Below, in pieces: positions 59,914 to 64,000 of a stretch of 64,000 nt of DNA (position 1 is its first letter; every line of letters starts with the position of its first letter). Position numbers and translations under genes: made by a program. The notes below the pieces were generated by a model. It did no database searches. It had not been told where the DNA came from and worked only from the letters and a program-made list of their open reading frames with translations. Source of the DNA: Candidatus Eiseniibacteriota bacterium (GTDB lineage Bacteria > Eisenbacteria > RBG-16-71-46 > JABDJR01); the NCBI GenBank assembly GCA_963783375.1, contig CAWANH010000003.1, positions 96,001-160,000 of the forward strand. The letters run 5' to 3'.

Positions 59914-61278
59914 CTAGCGCCTCACCCGCTCCTCTTCCGAGGCCTCGGAGCCGGACCCCGAAGCTTCGGGTGGCTCCCCGGCGCCGTCCCCCGAAGCGGG
60001 CCGCACCGGCGGGTCGTTGATGAGATAGCGGAACTTGCGATCGAACTCCGCGGGCGGCATCCGTCCGATGGTGGCCAGGCGGGCCACCGACTTGGGATCC
60101 CCGAAGTCCGCGTCCTCGAGCCGGATCATGTAGTGGCGGGCGACCCGATAGGAGTCGCTGTCGATGTCCACCTCGCGGATCCGCGCCTTTCCGGTCTTCT
60201 CGTCCAGCATGTCGGCGAAGGAAATGGGAATCAACCGCCCCCGGTCGATGGTCACAATGGACCCGCTTCCGCCGGACAGGAGGTACATGACCGCGGCGTA
60301 ACCCAGATCCTGGGTGTACTCCAGGTCGAAGGGGATGGGGTCGGCGCACCGGAGTTCGTAGCCGATGTCCTTGTCGACGATGGTGACGTTGATGCCGCGC
60401 TCCTTGAGCCGGCGGCGCACCTCGTTCTTGAGCATCCGTCCCAGCTCGATCTCTCCGTACCGGATGTTCCCGTGGGAATCGCGTTCGATCTCGGCGTTCC
60501 GGGAAAGCTCCTCCGGATCCAGCCGCTCGGAGAGCCCTTCGGCCAGGACCGCGACCCCGTAGGGGCGCCCCATGGCCATGCGCTTGATCACCGAGCCCTC
60601 GAGGATGTCGGCCAGGGTGGCCAGGGAGATCTTCCGGTCGCGGAATTCCTCCCCGATCAGGGTGAGGGTGGCGCCCGCGGCCTTGCCGATCCCCAGGGCC
60701 AGGTGGCCGGCCTTCCGTCCCATGGAGACCAGGAAGTACCAGCGTGTGGTGGTCTGGGCGTCGACGATGATGGCCTGGGTGATTCCCACCCCGAAATGCC
60801 GCGCGGTCTCATAGCCGAAGGTGGGCATGTGGCCGGGGAGAGGAAGGTCGTTGTCGATGGTCTTGGGAACGTGCGCCACCTGGATCTGAGGCCCGCTCAG
60901 GCTGTCGATCATCATCGCGCTGGTGGCGGTGTCGTCGCCGCCGATGGTGACGAGGTAGTCCACTCCCAGCTCGCTCAGGGCATGCACGACGGCTTCCAGC
61001 TTTTCCTGGGCCTTGGTGGGATTGGCGCGGGAGGTCCGGAGATAGGAGCCGCCGTCGTAGTGGATGCGGGAAACGTCGTCGATGTGGAGCTCGGTATGGC
61101 GGCTGGAGTCCCCCTCCATGAGCCAGCTGAATCCGTCGTAGATACCGAGCACCTTGAGCCCGGAATTGATGGCCTGAATGGTCACCGATCGGATGACCCC
61201 GTTGATGCCGGGGGCGGGGCCGCCGCCCACCAGGATGGCCAGGGTCTTCCCACGATGGTCCGTGGAGTACTTGATCAC
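59914..61278 (-). CDS. pfp: Pyrophosphate-dependent 6-phosphofructokinase
   Basis: GGGPAPGING, GGDDT (PPi-type signature), PKTIDND, MGRKAGH, GYELR. Confidence 0.88.
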   Translation of the reverse strand: MIKYSTDHRGKTLAILVGGGPAPGINGVIRSVTIQAINSGLKVLGIYDGFSWLMEGDSSRHTELHIDDVSRIHYDGGSYLRTSRANPTKAQEKLEAVVHALSELGVDYLVTIGGDDTATSAMMIDSLSGPQIQVAHVPKTIDNDLPLPGHMPTFGYETARHFGVGITQAIIVDAQTTTRWYFLVSMGRKAGHLALGIGKAAGATLTLIGEEFRDRKISLATLADILEGSVIKRMAMGRPYGVAVLAEGLSERLDPEELSRNAEIERDSHGNIRYGEIELGRMLKNEVRRRLKERGINVTIVDKDIGYELRCADPIPFDLEYTQDLGYAAVMYLLSGGSGSIVTIDRGRLIPISFADMLDEKTGKARIREVDIDSDSYRVARHYMIRLEDADFGDPKSVARLATIGRMPPAEFDRKFRYLINDPPVRPASGDGAGEPPEASGSGSEASEEERVRR

Positions 61279-61618
61279 GCGCGCTCACCTCCAAAAAAGT
61301 CCGGGTTGGACCGGTCCATCCGGTCACTATAACCCAACCCGGTTCCTCCTGTGACTATCCCCCTGGGGGGTCGGCGGGCGGAGACGCTCCGCGGCTCGCC
61401 CCCCCTCTCCACGGTCCCGGCGCGGCATCCCAAGGCTCCGACGCCGCCTCCCACCCCCCGCCCCCCCCTTCTAGCGCCTACTCCCCCGGCATTGGGGTAT
61501 TCCCAAACCGTGCCCTAGGGTTGTAAGTTGGTATGGTGGCGAAGGAAGCGGCCCCGGGGATCGACGGCGTCAGGTGCCGCGGTCCCGGGTTTCCCGCCCA
61601 CCCAGACGAGGAGGTCTC

Positions 61619-62671
61619 TTGGCGGTTCCAGCAGTTTCCCCGTTGCAGATGTTCGCGCGCACCGCCAACGAGACCGGGCTTCTCGGAGACGAGTTCCACA
61701 AGCGGAAGTCCCCAGCCCCCCTGGTGGCGGCCCTCGGGGGCATCCGGTGCGACCGGCTCGAGCAGGCCCACCTCGCCCTGGCCGCCCGCCTTCCCGACTA
61801 CTCCCCCGACTATCTCCTCCGGGCCCTCCAGGACAAGCACACCGTGGTGCGAACCTGGGGAGTCCGGGGCGCGCTCCAGATCGTCCCCACGGGCGAGTTG
61901 GGGATCTTCCTGGCCGCGGCCGGAGTCACCGCCCCCCGATGGCGGCGGTTTCTGGATACCCGCTCCAACCTCACCCCGGCGGCGCGGCTCCGGCTCCTCA
62001 AGCGCCTCTGTCCCCACGACATTTCCCGGGACGGGTTGCGAGAGGCCATCCCCGACGCGACCACCCGGCTGTTCATGCTGAGGGAAGCGGCCCAGGCCGG
62101 GCAGATCGTCTGGAAGGAAGGCGACGGCCAGCAGGTGGTGTTCGCCTGGGCGAAGGAGTACCTGGGAAAGGTGGTGGAGGCCGACCGTGACTACCACGCA
62201 CTGGTCGGACGCTACCTGTCTTCCTACGGCCCGTGTGAAGCGTCGGATCTGGCGGCGTGGCTGGGGGTCACGGTGGCCGCCGCGCGCCGCCTGATGGCCA
62301 AGCATCGGGTGGACGAGGTTCAGATCGAGGGCGACCCCCTCAACACCTTCATGAAGCCGAAAGACCTGGAAGAGCTGATCCACTTCCGGAAGAGCCGGAC
62401 CCGGGGTCTGGTGGTGATTCCGCCCGGGGATCCCCTGCTCTTCGCCTACAAGACCCGCTACCACCCGGAAGAGGTCGTCGGCGAGGACACCGGCCTGGTC
62501 TACCTCGACAGCCGCCCCACCGCGACCTGGACCCTTTCCCGAAACGAGGCCCGGGTGAACTTCCTGGACGAGACCGGCCACACCCGGATCCTGAAAGGGG
62601 TGGAAGGACTGCTCCGTCGGGCGGGGGTCACGGCCTCGGTGGAGGAGGCCGCGGCGATCACCGGGGACTAG
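61619..62671 (+). CDS. AlkZ/YcaQ-like (HTH_42) winged-helix protein
   Basis: GAGGAGGT RBS before TTG 61619; LAARL, VVRTWGVRGALQIV, YLSSYGP...DLAAWLG, PPGDPLLFAY. Confidence 0.7.
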   Translation: MAVPAVSPLQMFARTANETGLLGDEFHKRKSPAPLVAALGGIRCDRLEQAHLALAARLPDYSPDYLLRALQDKHTVVRTWGVRGALQIVPTGELGIFLAAAGVTAPRWRRFLDTRSNLTPAARLRLLKRLCPHDISRDGLREAIPDATTRLFMLREAAQAGQIVWKEGDGQQVVFAWAKEYLGKVVEADRDYHALVGRYLSSYGPCEASDLAAWLGVTVAAARRLMAKHRVDEVQIEGDPLNTFMKPKDLEELIHFRKSRTRGLVVIPPGDPLLFAYKTRYHPEEVVGEDTGLVYLDSRPTATWTLSRNEARVNFLDETGHTRILKGVEGLLRRAGVTASVEEAAAITGD

Positions 62672-62692
62672 CCCGGCTCCGCCTCGATCCGA

Positions 62693-63583
62693 ATGCCCCT
62701 CCTCGGCGAACTGGCCGCCCTGACCACCGCCGCATTCTGGGCCGCCGGTTCCATTCTCTTCACCCTCGCCGGACGGCGGACGGGCTCCTTCGCCCTCAAC
62801 CTCGCCCGGATCACCCTGGCCCTTCTCGCCCTGAGCCTGATCCTCCTGATCACCCGGGGTCTGGCCTGGGCGCCGGAGGCCGGCTCCCGGAACGTGGTGA
62901 TCCTCGCGGTCTCGGGGCTCATCGGGCTGACCCTGGGCGACTGGGCCTACTTCGGGTCGCTGGTGTTCGTCGGCCCGAGGCTGGCCACCCTGCTCATGAC
63001 CCTCGCTCCCCCCTTCGCCGCCCTGCTGGCCATCCCGCTCCTGGGAGAGGCCCTCCGGCCCGCGGCCTGGCTGGCCATGGCCCTCATCCTGGGCGGGGTG
63101 TTCTGGGTGGTGCTCGAGCGCTCGCCGACCCCCATCCCGCGGGGCTACCGGGTGCGGGGGGTGACCTTCGGGGTTCTGGGGGCTCTGGGTCAGGGGCTCG
63201 GCCTGGTGCTCTCGAAGGTGGGGATGAGCACCGTCGTCGATCCCCTTCCCGCCACCGCCATCCGCATGGCCGCGGCCACCGGGGGGGTGTGGGCGCTCGC
63301 CCTGGCCACCGGCAAGGTCCGTTCGCTCCCGGTCCTCCTGCGGGACCCCACGGCGCGGTGGGCCACGCTGGGGGCCACCTTTCTCGGACCGGTCTTCGGG
63401 GTGTGGCTCTCCCTGGTCGCGGTGCGGCTCACCAAGACCGGGATCGCCGCCACCCTGATGGCAACCACCCCGATCCTGGTGCTCCCGCTACTCATCTTCA
63501 TGCAGAAGGAGAAGGTGTCGCGGCGGGCGGCGGCGGGGGCGCTGGTGGCGGTGGCCGGGGTGGGAATGTTGTTCCTCCGGTAG
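62693..63583 (+). CDS. DMT/EamA family transporter
   Basis: GELAALTTAAFWA, SGLIGLTLGD, LGE, EKVS; about 10 TM. Confidence 0.88.
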   Translation: MPLLGELAALTTAAFWAAGSILFTLAGRRTGSFALNLARITLALLALSLILLITRGLAWAPEAGSRNVVILAVSGLIGLTLGDWAYFGSLVFVGPRLATLLMTLAPPFAALLAIPLLGEALRPAAWLAMALILGGVFWVVLERSPTPIPRGYRVRGVTFGVLGALGQGLGLVLSKVGMSTVVDPLPATAIRMAAATGGVWALALATGKVRSLPVLLRDPTARWATLGATFLGPVFGVWLSLVAVRLTKTGIAATLMATTPILVLPLLIFMQKEKVSRRAAAGALVAVAGVGMLFLR

Positions 63584-63682
63584 GGAGGGCGGGTCGCCCG
63601 GCCCGGTTGCCGGCTTGCGGTGCTCGAACCGGCGCCGATCGCCCCCCTCCCCGAACCCCCCGGGTTGCGGTAGTCTGCCGCC

Positions 63683-64000
63683 ATGACCGGCGTCCTGATC
63701 CTTCTCGCGGCGGCGATCATCCTCGCCGGGCCGGCGGCCCTCGTGCTGGTGCTCGTCACCAAGCGGCAATCGGACGACGCGCGGAAGCGCCTGATCGAGC
63801 TCGAGCGGCGGCTCGCCTCCCCCGGAGCGGCCCCGGACGGGGCCTCGGGCATCCATCCGGCCGTCCCGGCGCGTCCGGCGGCCACGATGACCGGATCCCA
63901 GCCGCCCGTCGGCATCCCCCAGGCCGCTCGCTCGCCCCGACGGCCGGATCCGGAGAAAGCGCCCCTGCGCAAACCGGCCGCCTTTCCCGGCGATCTCGAG
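63683..64000 (+). CDS. Membrane protein, DUF2339-like N-terminus (partial)
   Basis: ATG 63683: TM helix, short coiled coil (RLIELERRL), Pro/Ala linker, then DLE at the window edge. Confidence 0.5.
   Translation, partial: MTGVLILLAAAIILAGPAALVLVLVTKRQSDDARKRLIELERRLASPGAAPDGASGIHPAVPARPAATMTGSQPPVGIPQAARSPRRPDPEKAPLRKPAAFPGDLE

Noticed and set aside
61540-61595. SRP RNA-like words (GAAGGAAGCGGCC, TCAGGT)
   Set aside because: The elements are in the wrong order and do not form the domain IV CAGG-GNRA-AGCA helix.
1-64000. Mobile elements, prophage, defence systems, tRNA/rRNA
   Set aside because: No integrase, transposase, phage, cas or restriction motifs and no structural RNA signatures recognised by eye; composition looks uniform.

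Overview
A 64-kb, very GC-rich chromosomal segment from a diderm bacterium, mostly housekeeping genes. It is most consistent with an FCB-superphylum lineage outside Bacteroidota (Eisenbacteria/Krumholzibacteriota/Latescibacterota-like). That placement is inferred from a PorV-like protein and FlgD-Ig/T9SS-like C-terminal domains, not from marker genes. About 55 CDS are supported, including dapC/dapE, lemA-htpX, fabI, rnhB, 2-oxoacid:ferredoxin oxidoreductase, a Pit transporter, an RND pump, trpF and PPi-PFK. I saw no rRNA, tRNA, CRISPR array or mobile element. Highlights: (1) two tandem secreted paralogs ending in a shared short tail (SEPxPxEKSSWxxxKQxY), a candidate C-terminal sorting signal, alongside a PorV-like protein and three CTD-bearing cargo proteins; (2) a selenocysteine MsrA (in-frame TGA in G-U-F-W plus a bSECIS-like hairpin) that the ORF track splits in two; (3) tandem FNR-type boxes, a short ORF-poor stretch and a terminator upstream of a Crp/Fnr gene (candidate sRNA); (4) a desaturase / unknown GNAT-like protein / MFS gene run; (5) several divergent proteins (AlkZ-like, zinc-less MDR, histone-H1-like fusion). 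Four genes carry single-base frameshifts that look like assembly errors.
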